Shown here: positions 13,161-24,800 of the stretch, piece by piece
Numbering within the stretch: the first letter of the stretch is position 1
Layout: every line of letters begins with the position of its first letter
Made by a program: the position numbers and the translations under genes
The notes under the pieces: model-generated
Databases searched by the model: none
Seen by the model: the letters and a program-made list of their open reading frames with translations, nothing else
What the model was told of the DNA's origin: nothing
NCBI GenBank assembly: GCA_013265495.1
Contig: MU061538.1
Span: forward strand, 496,001 to 560,000
Direction of reading: 5' to 3'
Origin: Vicugna vicugna
Lineage: Eukaryota
Length of the DNA: 64,000 nt

Positions 13161-14925
13161 AGTGGCGGTACTAGGGAGGGAACCCGGACCTGGGGCACGC
13201 TAAGCATGTGCTCTGCCGCTGGGCGAGACGCTCCCTCTCTAGTTCGTGGGTTTTCACATTTAGATCTTGGGTCGACCAGTTGTCCATGTGGGACTGTCTT
13301 ACGAAAGGACATTTCATGTTCCCAGCTGTGCTCCTTGGCCGATCCCTCCACTACAGCGGGCGTGAAGTGCCGCCTTTGTCGCTAATTCCCGGGCCTGACT
13401 GGCTCCCGTTGCATCCCCAAGCCGGTGCCGACGGGTTCTTGCCCCGCCACAATGCCCTCGGTGCTTCACTGCGGATTTTAACATCCTTGGCGTAACCTAC
13501 TCATTCTTCCCCTCAACTTCTTGTCTGTCCCTCGGCATTTACCCTTCCGGGACCTGAACCCCAGTCATCTTCAGAGCAGGTTGTGAAGTCTCTCTCACAC
13601 ACACTCACATTCACGCACACGTCAAGCTCGCCTGATTGGGATTCTTGTCACGAAGTGTTAACATTACATGTGGCTTTGGAATGACTGGCGTTTCACAGCT
13701 GGGAGCCTCTCAGCCCAGAAGTGTAATTAATTTTTCCACCTTTGAAGGACTTGCCTCATGTGTCCCAGCAAAGCCTTGTGTCTTCTCCATAGACGTCCCC
13801 GCCTGTCCTGTTGCTGTGCTGCGGGGTTTCTGTGGTTGCTGTCACCGTGAGTGAGGTTTCTCCCCGGTTCAGTCTCTTCCGGAGCAGAGCTGCAGAGAGA
13901 CAGCAGCGGCTGACTGAGCGTTGCCCTCGTCAGACCATCCTGCTGGACCCCCGTCGGCACGGTCGCGGGTAACGGGGTCTTGGGGACCCCCTGGAGGCAC
14001 GATCATATCTTCTCCAAAGAGTCATCTTGTCAGTGGCGATGCTTATGGGGCGACACGGCACTGCAGTAGCTCAACGCTCTGAGACTGACCCGAGTGACAG
14101 GTGCCCCCCGGCTTGCGACACCCGTGGTCTCAGGACCCTGCACTGCCCGCCCGGTTACATCCCAAGTCACGAGGAAGGGCCTGCTTCCACACCCCTTTCC
14201 ACCCCAACTCCGTGTGGTGCCCTCTGGCTCTCAGCACTCGGTAGTGGTGACTACGATGTTATCCCTTAAGATCATTGGTCAGATCGCTGCTCGCCAGAAA
14301 AGCTGGAAAACGTGGGACCCCTCAACCTTCAAGGCTGCCCGTGGAATGTGAGGGTACTGGCTGGTCTCTGAACCATGTCCCCTCCTGTCATGAGCTCAGC
14401 CTGCTCACGTCCTAGCCACCGGGAGAAGTAGACCCCACCCTGAGACAGCTGGGGGGGCACAGCCCCGATGTGACGGAGCGACCAAGTGAGGGTGCCTGCT
14501 GCCCGCGCCCCCCCAGCCTCGCTAGTCCCGTACCTGACGTTGGCCAGAGTCCCGTGTTTCTGAGGACTGTTCTTAGGGGTCCGGGCTCTCCGTTGTGTTC
14601 TTCTTGTGCGTCAGTAGAACCACAGCATCCCACACACCCACCAAGACCTCTGTCAAAGAAATCCAACCCAGTGAGCTTATTGCGAGTGTTTAAACCGAGC
14701 CCTGGTGAGCTGGGCGTCCGTGGGGTCCCACTCTGGGCCCGGCCCACTGCACCTTCTGTGTCCTCCCCTCCCGGTGGCACCGCTACACCCACCGTCAGAT
14801 GCCCAAAGCCCCCTCCTCAGGAGAGGGTCTAGGGACAGGCCTTCCCTCCCTGCACATACCTTCCGTCGGCACAGTTACCCACCTGGAGAGACTGGCCGTG
14901 GGGACCAGGGTTCTCCAGGGCTAAT

Positions 14926-14950
14926 TGTGTGTGTGTGTGTGTGTGTGTGT
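14926..14950. repeat. (TG)12 microsatellite, with a second TG tract at 15166-15183
   Basis: Read directly. Both tracts belong to the TG-rich segment of the MLT2 LTR. Confidence 0.95.
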
Positions 14951-15167
14951 AAAGCTGGCCTTTGATGAGAGCCATGTGGGTCCACTTACACGCAGACTTT
15001 TCCAGTAGTAAATACTACACCAGGTGAAGTTGGTTGAATCACAAGGATGAGGAACCTTGGATATGGAGGAACCTCGTATGTGGAGGGCAGACAGTAAGTC
15101 ATGCTGGAATTTTCTACTGCACAGAGGACCATCACCCCCGTGCCCTAGGTTGTTCAAGGGTCAACTG
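14951..15167. mobile_element. TcMar-Tigger-type non-autonomous DNA transposon (Tigger2/MER2-like MITE)
   Basis: Right TIR gttgttcaagggtcaactg at 15149-15167 (reverse complement cagttgacccttgaacaac). Degenerate left TIR aagctggcctttga. Internal gggtccacttacacgcag and gttggttgaatc motifs. Confidence 0.8.
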
Positions 15168-18100
15168 TGTGTGTGTGTGTGTATAAGAAAAAGAGAGGGA
15201 GATCAGAGACAGATAGGTAGATAATATGTATGTACAGAGATTTATTTTAAAGACTTAGGGCACATCATTGTGGGTACTGGCAAGTCTGAAGTTTGCAGAG
15301 CTGGCCAGCAGGAAGGAGACCTCAGGTCTGAAGGCTGTCTGGAGGCAGAATTCCCTCTTCCTTGGGGGAAGTCAGTCTTTTTTCTATCCATGTCGTCAGC
15401 TGATTAGACAAGGCCCACCCACAGTGGGAGGTGGGCACAATCTGCTTTACTCCAAGTTCACCGATGTAAATGTTCATCTCATCTGAAAAATAGCATCATG
15501 GCAACAGTTTGACTGGTTTCGACCAAATATCTGGGTGCTGTGGCCCAGCCAAACTGACACATAAAATTCACCATCACTCTGGCCTTTCAGCCTTCTCCCA
15601 ATTTCCCTACTGGGGAAATGCAAGGATTTCTGCTCCTTAAAGAGTTTTCAGCATCAGTGGGCACGTGGGCAGAAGTTGGTCCAGGTGGATTCACCTGCTG
15701 GCCTGAAATCACTGTGCAGTACCCACCTCCTGGCCAGAAGAGCCTGACTGTTACAGCCTCCCGCGCCAGGGCTCACTCTGTCCCCTCTGGGGGGTCCTGC
15801 ATTCCTCCTCTTCATTGACTCCTACACGACTGAAGAGCCAGCCCACAGGCACTGACGGGCAGAGACGTGTAGCCGTTGGCCCTTACTCGCCCTGGGACTC
15901 GACGGCTCACATGTCTGCTGTTGGCCTCCGGGCGGCGTCCCTCCTGGGTCCTGCAGAGGCCCCTCTGGGAGACTCTCAGGGCTTACCAGAGAAGCCGGGG
16001 CTCATCCTGTCTCTTCCCCGCGGCTCACCGCATGCCTGCCCGCCGTGTGCACAGCTGCCATTCCTTGGCGCAGAGTCGAGCCTCGCTTGACTGGCCTGGC
16101 CCTCACACCCGAGTCCTGGGTTCCAGATGCACGGATTGTGGAGAGACCTGGCCCTGCCCCAGAGTGCACGGAGGAGACACCAGGAAGGAGTGAGAGGGCG
16201 CCCCTGCAGCTCAGCCCGTGGGGCTGCACCCCGCAGGCCTGTACGCAGGCTGCAGAAGGGGCCCCGAGGTGGCAGTAGGGCCATCGGGGTTACTGGACGG
16301 GGGATCTTACATGTCCAAGCAAAAGGGTCCTGGAGCGACACCAGCATGGACCGCGGACAGGACAGGGCAGCGGCCTTCACTCCTCGGGGGAGAAAGAGGC
16401 TGCGGGTTCCAGGGGACTTGACGTCAGGTGGGCTTCAGCTGCAGGGAATCCTGCCGCCTTGGTGCGTCCTCCCAGCCCTCAGGCAAACCATCGTTCCGAG
16501 GGTAGGTGTTTCCCTTTAATAAACCAGCAGGTGGAGCCGTTGCGGCCAGAGGGGTAGACGGTCCCCAGCAGGGGCAGGAGGCAGAGGGCAGGCACGCTCC
16601 TGTGATTGGGTGTGTGAGGCAGGGACGTACACAGAGCCAGAGGGCCGCCCTCTCAGTGGCCTGACCACACACCGGCCCCAGCTCCTCGGGAGACGCCCTC
16701 TCTTTGGCATCACTTCCACTTGGACCAAAGCGGGCAGAGCCCCAGGCGCCTGGAGCAAAGCTGAGATGCGAGCAGACCCAGGGCAGGCGTCCGAGAGCCC
16801 CGCGCGGGGAGAAGCCCCGGTCTGGTCCGAGGTGGCGCGTGGCGGTGTGAACCGCGGGGCCTGAGGCTCGTCGGATCCCCATTTATGGCGCTGCTTTTCA
16901 TGGAGAGGGTCGGTCAGCGCTAGGGTGGGTCTGCTGGGTGGCATAAGCTCGGAGTCAGGGCAGTTCTTATCACCAAGGTCACTTCACCCTCGATTTAAGA
17001 AGCCCGGTGTGGTGGTCAGGGTTGCGGCCGGGCCTGAGTCACGCCAGCTCGGGTCCTCGTGTGAAGGGCCTCGGTCGTCGAGGGGGCTCGGAGGGCCCCC
17101 TGCATCTCCCTGCAGGCGCCCACGCGGCTCGTCATGGTAGCGTGTCAGGTGAGTCGCAGCCAGGCCGCGGGCGCGCAGGGGCCCTCCGTGAAGGAACAGC
17201 CTTCTTCCACCGCCCGACGCCTCTGCAAGGAAGGGGCACAAAGCCTCACCTCCGTCACCTGCCTCCCCGATTCCTCCTCCTGCAGCGGACGTTGGTGTGG
17301 TGGTCATTTTCCACTTGACGCCGGTGTCCCTCTCTCGGAGGGACGACGGGCGCAGCTGGTACGTGGCACACGGGTGTGTTTTTTGCTGGTTCCTGCTGTC
17401 TCCGAGGAGACTGCAGACAGCAGACCTCCGACAGGGCGGCCCGAGCAGCCTCCGGGCCTGGATGACCGCGGTCCTGCGGGGTGGGCCTCCGGCTCTTTCC
17501 TCTTCCTGCTGAGTCCCTCCTCCTGTGACTGGCCCCCCGATGCCCGGGGCTCCCGGCCCTGCAGGCCGTCAGTTCCTGGACGCCTGGTCTGGACCACCCG
17601 CTCGGCTGGTTGGTGCCCAGGTTCTGAGTTGAATTCTCGTGTGAACCAATTATTCTGGGCCAGAGCTTCAAACCGTCAGCCTCCCTCCATCCCTGCTCGG
17701 GGCCCGTGAAGTGTGGTCCAGCGGTCGGGCCAATCCACCTGCCCCACTCGAGGAGCCAGCCCGGGCCTCCCGCCGTGGATGGCGGAATAAGCGAGCATGG
17801 GGCCTGCAGGCCGATGTCTGCTCTCCCGAACCCGAAACCCAGGGCCATCTGTGACCCGCCTAGGGAAGCAGCGGCTGCAGCGTAGGCTCCTTCTCAGGTT
17901 CGGAGGCTGCTTCGTGGGTATTTAGAAGTCGTCCCCCGAAGCCGAGACAGTGATGGGGATGGCTCCCTGGAATGCGATTTGGAGCTGGCCAGGCGCTGGC
18001 GTGGGAGGTTGAGGCCAAAATCATACAGAGTATTTTGAATGCTGTTAAGTCAGGTCACTTGGGTAAAGACAGTGACGATAATGATTTAACTGAGGGTAAG

Positions 18101-18802
18101 AACACAAGATGGGAGACAACCCGTCCGGCCTCGATTCAGCGTGAAGCTTCACGTGCGGGGCTGCCCCGGGGGCCACCGCCTGTGCGTCTCACGCCCTGCT
18201 TTTTAGGAGACAAGACCCTTGACAATAAAACAAGGGGGCACCTTGAGGAGGCGGATCCCTGGCAGGTTAGCGCAGGCTCGTTTCACCTGAAGTCTCGGTG
18301 CGACGGCATAATTGGTCACAGTTACAGGGCCAGCCCGATCCAGTCACGTTTGCTGTGTTTACTGGACAGAGAAAAGCTCGCATTTGGTAAGGACTCCTCT
18401 TGATATCAAGAGCTTGGATGTGTAAAGGTTAACCAGCTTTTACCCCGAGAACTTCTTGTTAAATCCAGGTCAGGATGGATTCGCTGTTAGCCTCCTGTGA
18501 TTATAACAATGAAAGTAACACTCGTTGAATGTGTCGCATAAAAACCAGATCTGGACTTGCTCGGGCGGGCCTCTCTTCCGAAGGACTGGTGGGGGAAGAA
18601 AAGATTCTGCTGAGCACAGAGCGCTCTGAGCACGAGGTCTGCGAGGAGGCCCAGAGCTAGGCGGGGGCGGGACGGGACGGTGGGTTTGTGTTCGTTTTGT
18701 TTTATTTTGCAGCGAGGAGCGAACAGACTGGAGAAGGCCCACCGTGGGGCAGAGGGTGACAACCCGGTGGGAGAGCCGCCCGGCTCGGGAGGGGTGGGCC
18801 GC

Positions 18803-18834
18803 GGCCCCGGCCCCGGCCCCGGCCCCGGCCCCGG
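18803..18834. repeat. (GGCCCC)5 hexamer repeat, i.e. (GGGGCC)5 on the minus strand
   Basis: Five exact GGCCCC units at 18803-18832. Confidence 0.95.
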
Positions 18835-21800
18835 GGTAGGAGGAGGCGTCAGCCAGCTGGGCTAACGGGCGCTCCGTCCCACGCATCGGGGACGGAAGCT
18901 CGGCTGCTCACTGATGAGGCAGCGAACAGGGACTCGGCCTTGTCGGGTGAGCGGGGGCACCCGTATCTCCTCCAGGCCTGGGAGGGGGCTTCTCTGCAGG
19001 AGGGTTTCCCAGAACACGGACTGGGGGTTCTTTACCTTCACTTTCTGGGGGGTCTCGGGCGCAGGTAAATTTGACCCCGTCAAGTGCTCGTACGTGCGGG
19101 AACCGCCCCCGTGTCTCCTCCGCGGTTCTGATGTGAGGAGCCTCGTAACAGCCCCGTGAAGCACGTGAGGGCCTCGCACACACACGGGGCGGAGGCGCAG
19201 CCTGCAGGCCTGGTCCCCGCCTCGCGCAGCCGGGGGCGCAGAGCTGGGCTTGGCCCGGGCGTGTGGGCGCGGCTCCCTGCCCTGGGCCGCTGTCCTCCAC
19301 CGCCGGCCCGGGGGCCCGTCTCGGGACAGCCTGGCCTGGGCGTCCATCAGGCCGGCTGCTTCTCTGCAGCTTGGGGCCTGCCTTCAGGTCAGGGAGGGAG
19401 AGCTGGCTGGGCGGCAGGGTGGGTGCAGGAAGAGGGGAGGGCCGGAGGGGCCGTCCTGGGCCTGCCCTTGTCCTTCACGTAGAGGGAGCTTCACGTGGGT
19501 GGAGGAAGGCGGGCAGGTCGCCAGGCGAGGTGGACGCCGCCTGCTTCCCCTGGCCTGTGCCTCACCGTACGCCGTTTGCTCGGAACTCCAGCCGTCAGAC
19601 ACCATCGGCAGAAGCAGTCAGCCGTCCGTGGAGAAGTCTGCAAAATCCTACCCCGTGGACGTTGTGAAACTACTGACCGCTGGTGGACACACCGCTGGAA
19701 AACGATTTCATTCCTTGAAAGCTGTTTTTAGACAGAGTATTGATCGTTTCAATTAATAATAATTTCAACAAAGCTGCTCCTCAATTAAAGCCAGCGTCAC
19801 GTCTGTTCTCAGTGAGCGAGAGGACTGCTGACTTGTAGTGGCGTTTGTCTGTGAAGAATTTCTGGGAGTCGGACTCCAGCGCCACCCGGCCCCCTCTGCC
19901 ACACGCCTCTCCCCTCTTTTCCCAGCACAGAAGGCCCTCTGCCCTGTGCCGCCGGACGGACGTGGGGCCCGGCTCCCAGACTGCAAACCCCGTGCGGCTG
20001 GGGCACCAGGTGGGGGAGGTACAGAGTGTCACAGACGCGCCTCGCCCGTCACCCCGTGGACCCCTCTCTGTGGGGCTGGGTCACAGTGACGATTTCAAGC
20101 TGTTGACTGATAACTCTGGAGAGTCTTGCCTAAGAGGACAGACATGCTTTGTTCATTTTTAACAACCGCGGAGAATTCTGTCCGCAGGCTGCGAGCCGCA
20201 GGCTGATGGAGCCCAGGCGTGACCCAGGTCGCCCAGGTGGGGGCCGGGTAAGCCCCAGTCTCCGTCTGCTGTGACCCAGGAAACACTGCCCACCGGGACC
20301 GCTCGGGGGGCTGCAGACCAGGGCGTGCCCCTGGCCGGCCCCCAGCCCCAGCCTTCCTGTTCAGAGTCGAGGGTCCGTCTCTGGCCTTCCGAGACCCCGG
20401 GGCAGAGCTGGAAGCAGGCACTTTCCCCTCCGCCGTGCGAGTTGTTGAACAGGTTCACGGGACAGGCTCGGCCTCCCCGCCCCCGGCCCGTGGAGAGAAG
20501 GGTGGGGCCCCGTTGGTCCTAAAGTCAAGGTGTAGGCCAGTCAAGCTGGACCCACAGCTGTAGTCAAGGCTTGCATCCTGGCGACAAAAAAAAAGCTCTG
20601 CACTCGAGCAGCATTTGCTTGAGGGGCCCAAGACCCCCTGGGGGACCCTCTGAGGACCTCTAACGAGGCAGAAGGAACGCTCTGCTCGCACACGGTGTCG
20701 CTTTACGCTGATGCTTTGCGTGAGTGGTTCGGTCTGTTCCTGGAGCGAGACGGGAGCAGGTCGTGCAGACCGCGGGAGTGGTCCAGCGGCCTCACTGCGG
20801 CTCCCGGGATGCTGGCTTGCAGTTACCGCTTCCTTCTGGTGGGAAGTGACACCCACGTCCCAGGGCGAGTTCGGACCCAGTGGCGCCCGGCAGGCGGGGT
20901 GGTTCTGGCGTTCTGCGGCCGTCCCGCCCGGCCTTCCCGGGGCCGTCAGGTCACGCGTCTCACATGGCCACTCCAGTTCTCTCCGCAGGGATTCGTCTGC
21001 TTTCTTCAAGCTCCTGTTCTGTGACTTTGAATTCCCCTGGTGACTCCTGTCTGGGCTGACTTCACTCTCGCTCGGTTTGAGCTGTGCTGTATGCTTGGCC
21101 AAAGGCACTTTAACACCATAGAAGTCAGTCCTGTACCAACACCACGGACGGAAACACCCTCCTCGGTGCTGGTTGAGAAGAGCCCGCTTCCAGGCAATTG
21201 ATTCTGCGTTTCCTCTGCATTCCAAGCTAAAGAGGAAGGTGCAGGACGGCGGGCAAGTTTCCGTGTGTGACCCTCCCGTGATCTGACTTGCGGTGTCGCA
21301 CGTGAACAGGTCATCAGAGATCACCGGCCGTCGGTGAGTGACGCCGCATTTCCTCTGTGCTCAGCAGTCCTGTCCCAGGAAGAGACGGGCGGACGGGGCC
21401 CAACGCCCGTCGACGCACAATGACGATGACAAACGCACATCGAGATGCTGTTTTCTGCGCGTCCGCGTGGGCGAGTCACCAGCTGGTGCTCCCGGGAGAC
21501 AGGACCCGCCAGGCACACGGGCTTGCTGTCCCCGGTTCCTCAGTTTGGGGCAGGACGCGCCTGTGGCACCGGGGAGCCCACGGAGGGATGGGGGCCCCAT
21601 GAGGACGTCCCACGCTGCCCCCCAAGGCTGGTCCTGACCCTCGTGTTTCCAGCTCGCTGTGTGTGATGCTTCCGTTCCCGACAAGGACTCGTGGATCTGT
21701 TTGCTGTTGAGGGAAGGCCGATTTTCTCCCCAGGCATGTTGTGTGTGGGAGAGACTGCGGAGAGCACGCTGGAAGGAGAAAGGCGGGGAGGGAAGAGGAA

Positions 21801-24800
21801 ACAGCAGGAAGGGGGACCACCAGGGCCTCGGTCCCGTGGACGCTGCAGGAGGGTGTGGCCCTCCACCTGCGTCGTCTCCAAACACCGAGTCACCCTCCCA
21901 GAAGCCACCTGCCCGCCCGCTGCTCCCCGGGGCCCCGGCTTCACCTCAAAGATGAAGTTAGATTAGACGCCTCTCCTTCGTCTTGAACGATTTTCTCTCT
22001 TCCGGCTCCCCCTCCGTCTTTAAAGAACTCTTTCAAATGAGGGCTCGAGTGCTCCCAGCCAGTGAGGATGGTCAGCTGCCAGCCGCCCCCACTGGCGAAA
22101 GGTGCTGGGAGGTGCGTTCACAGCCTGCAAGGGTCACCATCAGGTACTCACCTGCTACAAAAGGAGGAGGGACCCCGACCCCCGTGGGGGCTCCAGTGGA
22201 CAAACCAGCAGGAGGTCAAGGGGGCCTTGCCAGCGTGCGGTGCCCCTAGGGTGGCGCAGGGGGACGTGGCGTGTCCCATCATGCAGCCGTCCTGCCGAAG
22301 ACTCTTGACTACAGGCAGCAGTGACCAGACACAGACACACCTCAGGGATGGTCCTCACCCCGCAGAGGGCGCCGGAAGGGCTCCTGGTCCTGTCCTCTCC
22401 TCCCTCCCCGGCCACCAGCAGGGAGAGTCCAGCTGCCCAGCGTTTACAGAGGTGCGTGAAGCAGCCTGTGGCGCCAGGACTTCCAGGTGACCTTAAAAAC
22501 CTTCACAAACAGCCTGGAGAGGGTCTCTCTTCGTTTGTGTTCACAGATGAGGAAGTGGTCTGTTGGGGGGGTGTCAAAATAGGAAAAAACACAGAAAGAA
22601 GTGTGCAGAAGTGTCCACAGCTTTAGAAATAATTTGTTTGCATTAGGCCTTTCTGTATTTTTCAGTTTTTCTTTTTTAATCAGAAAGAGCGAACTGATTT
22701 TTAAAGGCGTTTTTTGTGCCCTTCCTTGGCCAACACTGAACCGACATTGTGTGCGAATCCCAGCAGCCGAGGTGGCGTCAGGGTCCCCTCGTCTCCTCTG
22801 CCGTCGGGGGCCAGGTCAGGAGGTCCCCCGCACCCGCTCCCCACATGGGCTGCAGCCCCGCAGACTCCAGCAGGGCCACGGCCTCACTCCGGGCGCGCCC
22901 GCGGGGCCGGGCGTCCCAGCCTGTCTCAGGCCCTGGAGGACCTGGTTTTCTCTAAAGCTAGAAACGCAGATCCTAAAGCTGTTCATTGCTCTCAGTGTAA
23001 CTCACACCTGTTTAGTTGTTTCTGTGCCGACAGGAAGGCCGTTCCCTGCTCGGCCACAGATGAAGGCGTAGTCTAGGGTGCGCGTCGACACGGTCTTCGT
23101 CCCTGAAGCAGCACAGCTGGTGAGGACGCAAGGAGAAGTCAAGGGACAAGCCTCCCCTGAGCTGCGATGAGCTTGGGGCTTTTCCTGTCGGAAGTCGTCG
23201 TCGGAGTGGCGGGGCGGCGCCGAGGGTCGGGAGGAGGGCCGGGCTTTGCTGAGAGGCGATGTGGCGGCGGTGGGGTCGGCGCTGAGAGGAGGAGCGGGAG
23301 GAGGGACAGGCGGAGGCGTCAGAATCTGGGGTTTGGAGTCACCGGAGCGGGAAGAGGAGGAGGGAACGGGCTCAGCTCTGAGCTCTGGCTGTGGGTGCGA
23401 AGGTGGTGAGAGCTGCCTCCAAGGCTGGCTGTCCCCGTCCCAGTTCCGAGTGGCAGCAGGAAGAGCGCTCCTATGTGTCCTGTGTGTCCTGTATGTTCCT
23501 CCCACCGCTGCTCACAGTCAGACAGGAATTCCACACGAGGACGCGAATCCAGCAGCTGTGCACGGCAGAGCCAGATCACTGAGCGCAGTGTGGCCATTTC
23601 TAAAGTCCTTTAGAGCCCGAGGACTGAGCCGCGATCGTTGACAGACTCTGCAAAAGCGGGGCTCAGCGTTCTCCGAGCTCTGAACCTCCCCACCCCGGCT
23701 CCCCACTGTTGGCTGCCTTTTTCCGTGGGGACTTCTGTGAGCTGTTTGAATGAATATCAAAGGGTCATTTGTGTTATAGACTAAAAGCTCAATGGCATAA
23801 TGTGTCAATCTCTCAGGGATGTTGTGTTATAGGAGAGGAACACCCAAAGGAATGCATTTCTAACGGTGGAATTCCAATAGAGAAAACACTTACTATCCAG
23901 CCAGCAAAGAACCTGGGTGCAGGCGCAGGGTGCTAGAGAGACGTAAAGAAAGCAAGCCACAGGTCTGGAGGAAGCTCCTGTTCCTTCCAATTTCTTCAGC
24001 ATAACCCCTTTTTCAGCTCAGATTTCCTGACTTACGTGACTCTCCCCCAAATTCTAGCAGCTTGAATGGTGTTGAGTCCTAACCAAGAGAGAGAAGAAGT
24101 GGGTGGTCAGGAAGTGGGGAGGGACACGTGCCGAGAGGACATGGGTATGTGGAGTTTAAGAAGCCTGTTAGGGCCCTTCCTCCCCCAGCCCATCCCCAGC
24201 TCCCAGAACCACCCCCCCCGCCCCCCAGGGTCAGTCCTGGGACCCTCCCCTGTCCTCGGTGCTCAGCCCCTGGCCTCACAGATGCCAAAGATCTCTGCAA
24301 ACCCCGCCTCTCCTGGGCCCAGACTCCGCATCTCACTCGCTTCCTGTGGGCAGGAGGTGGGTGTGGGGCCCACACTGGTGGGCAGGAGGCCCCGGGCAGG
24401 GCCCTCAGAGGCCAGCTCTGGGGAGGATCTCCTGCAGGTCGTGTCACGCCCCTCACACTGGCCTGACCTACCCTGACCCCAAAAAAGTCCTCCCGCCCCA
24501 CGTGATCCCCCAGAGCGACGATCCTCATGCAGCGTTGGAAACGCGCCCCAGTGACTGCAAAACCTCCATCTGGGGCCACGGGAGGAGCCCTGGTGGGAGC
24601 GTCCAGACCCTGGCCCGGCACCTCCAGCCTTAGAAAGGCGGTGGATGGAGCCGCACGGGGCGGCGTGTCAGCGGAGGAACTTCCAGAACTCTCTCTCTGT
24701 CTCTCTTGGGTCTGCTCTGCCCGGAGCCAGCGTCTGGAAGGGAGGGAATGAAAGTCAGCGAGCCTCCTGCACCCCAATTTGCACATCCCCTGGATACAGG

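Larger units (their letters stand above)
14897..15577 (-). mobile_element. MLT2 (ERVL) solo LTR, interrupted by a DNA transposon
   Basis: One end reads cagggttctccag (about 14905-14918). The body has ggcagaattccctcttccttgggggaagtcagtc and aatctgctttactccaagttcaccgatgtaaatgtt. The terminus ggcccagccaaactgacacataaaattcaccatcac is the reverse complement of the MLT2 start. Confidence 0.85.
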
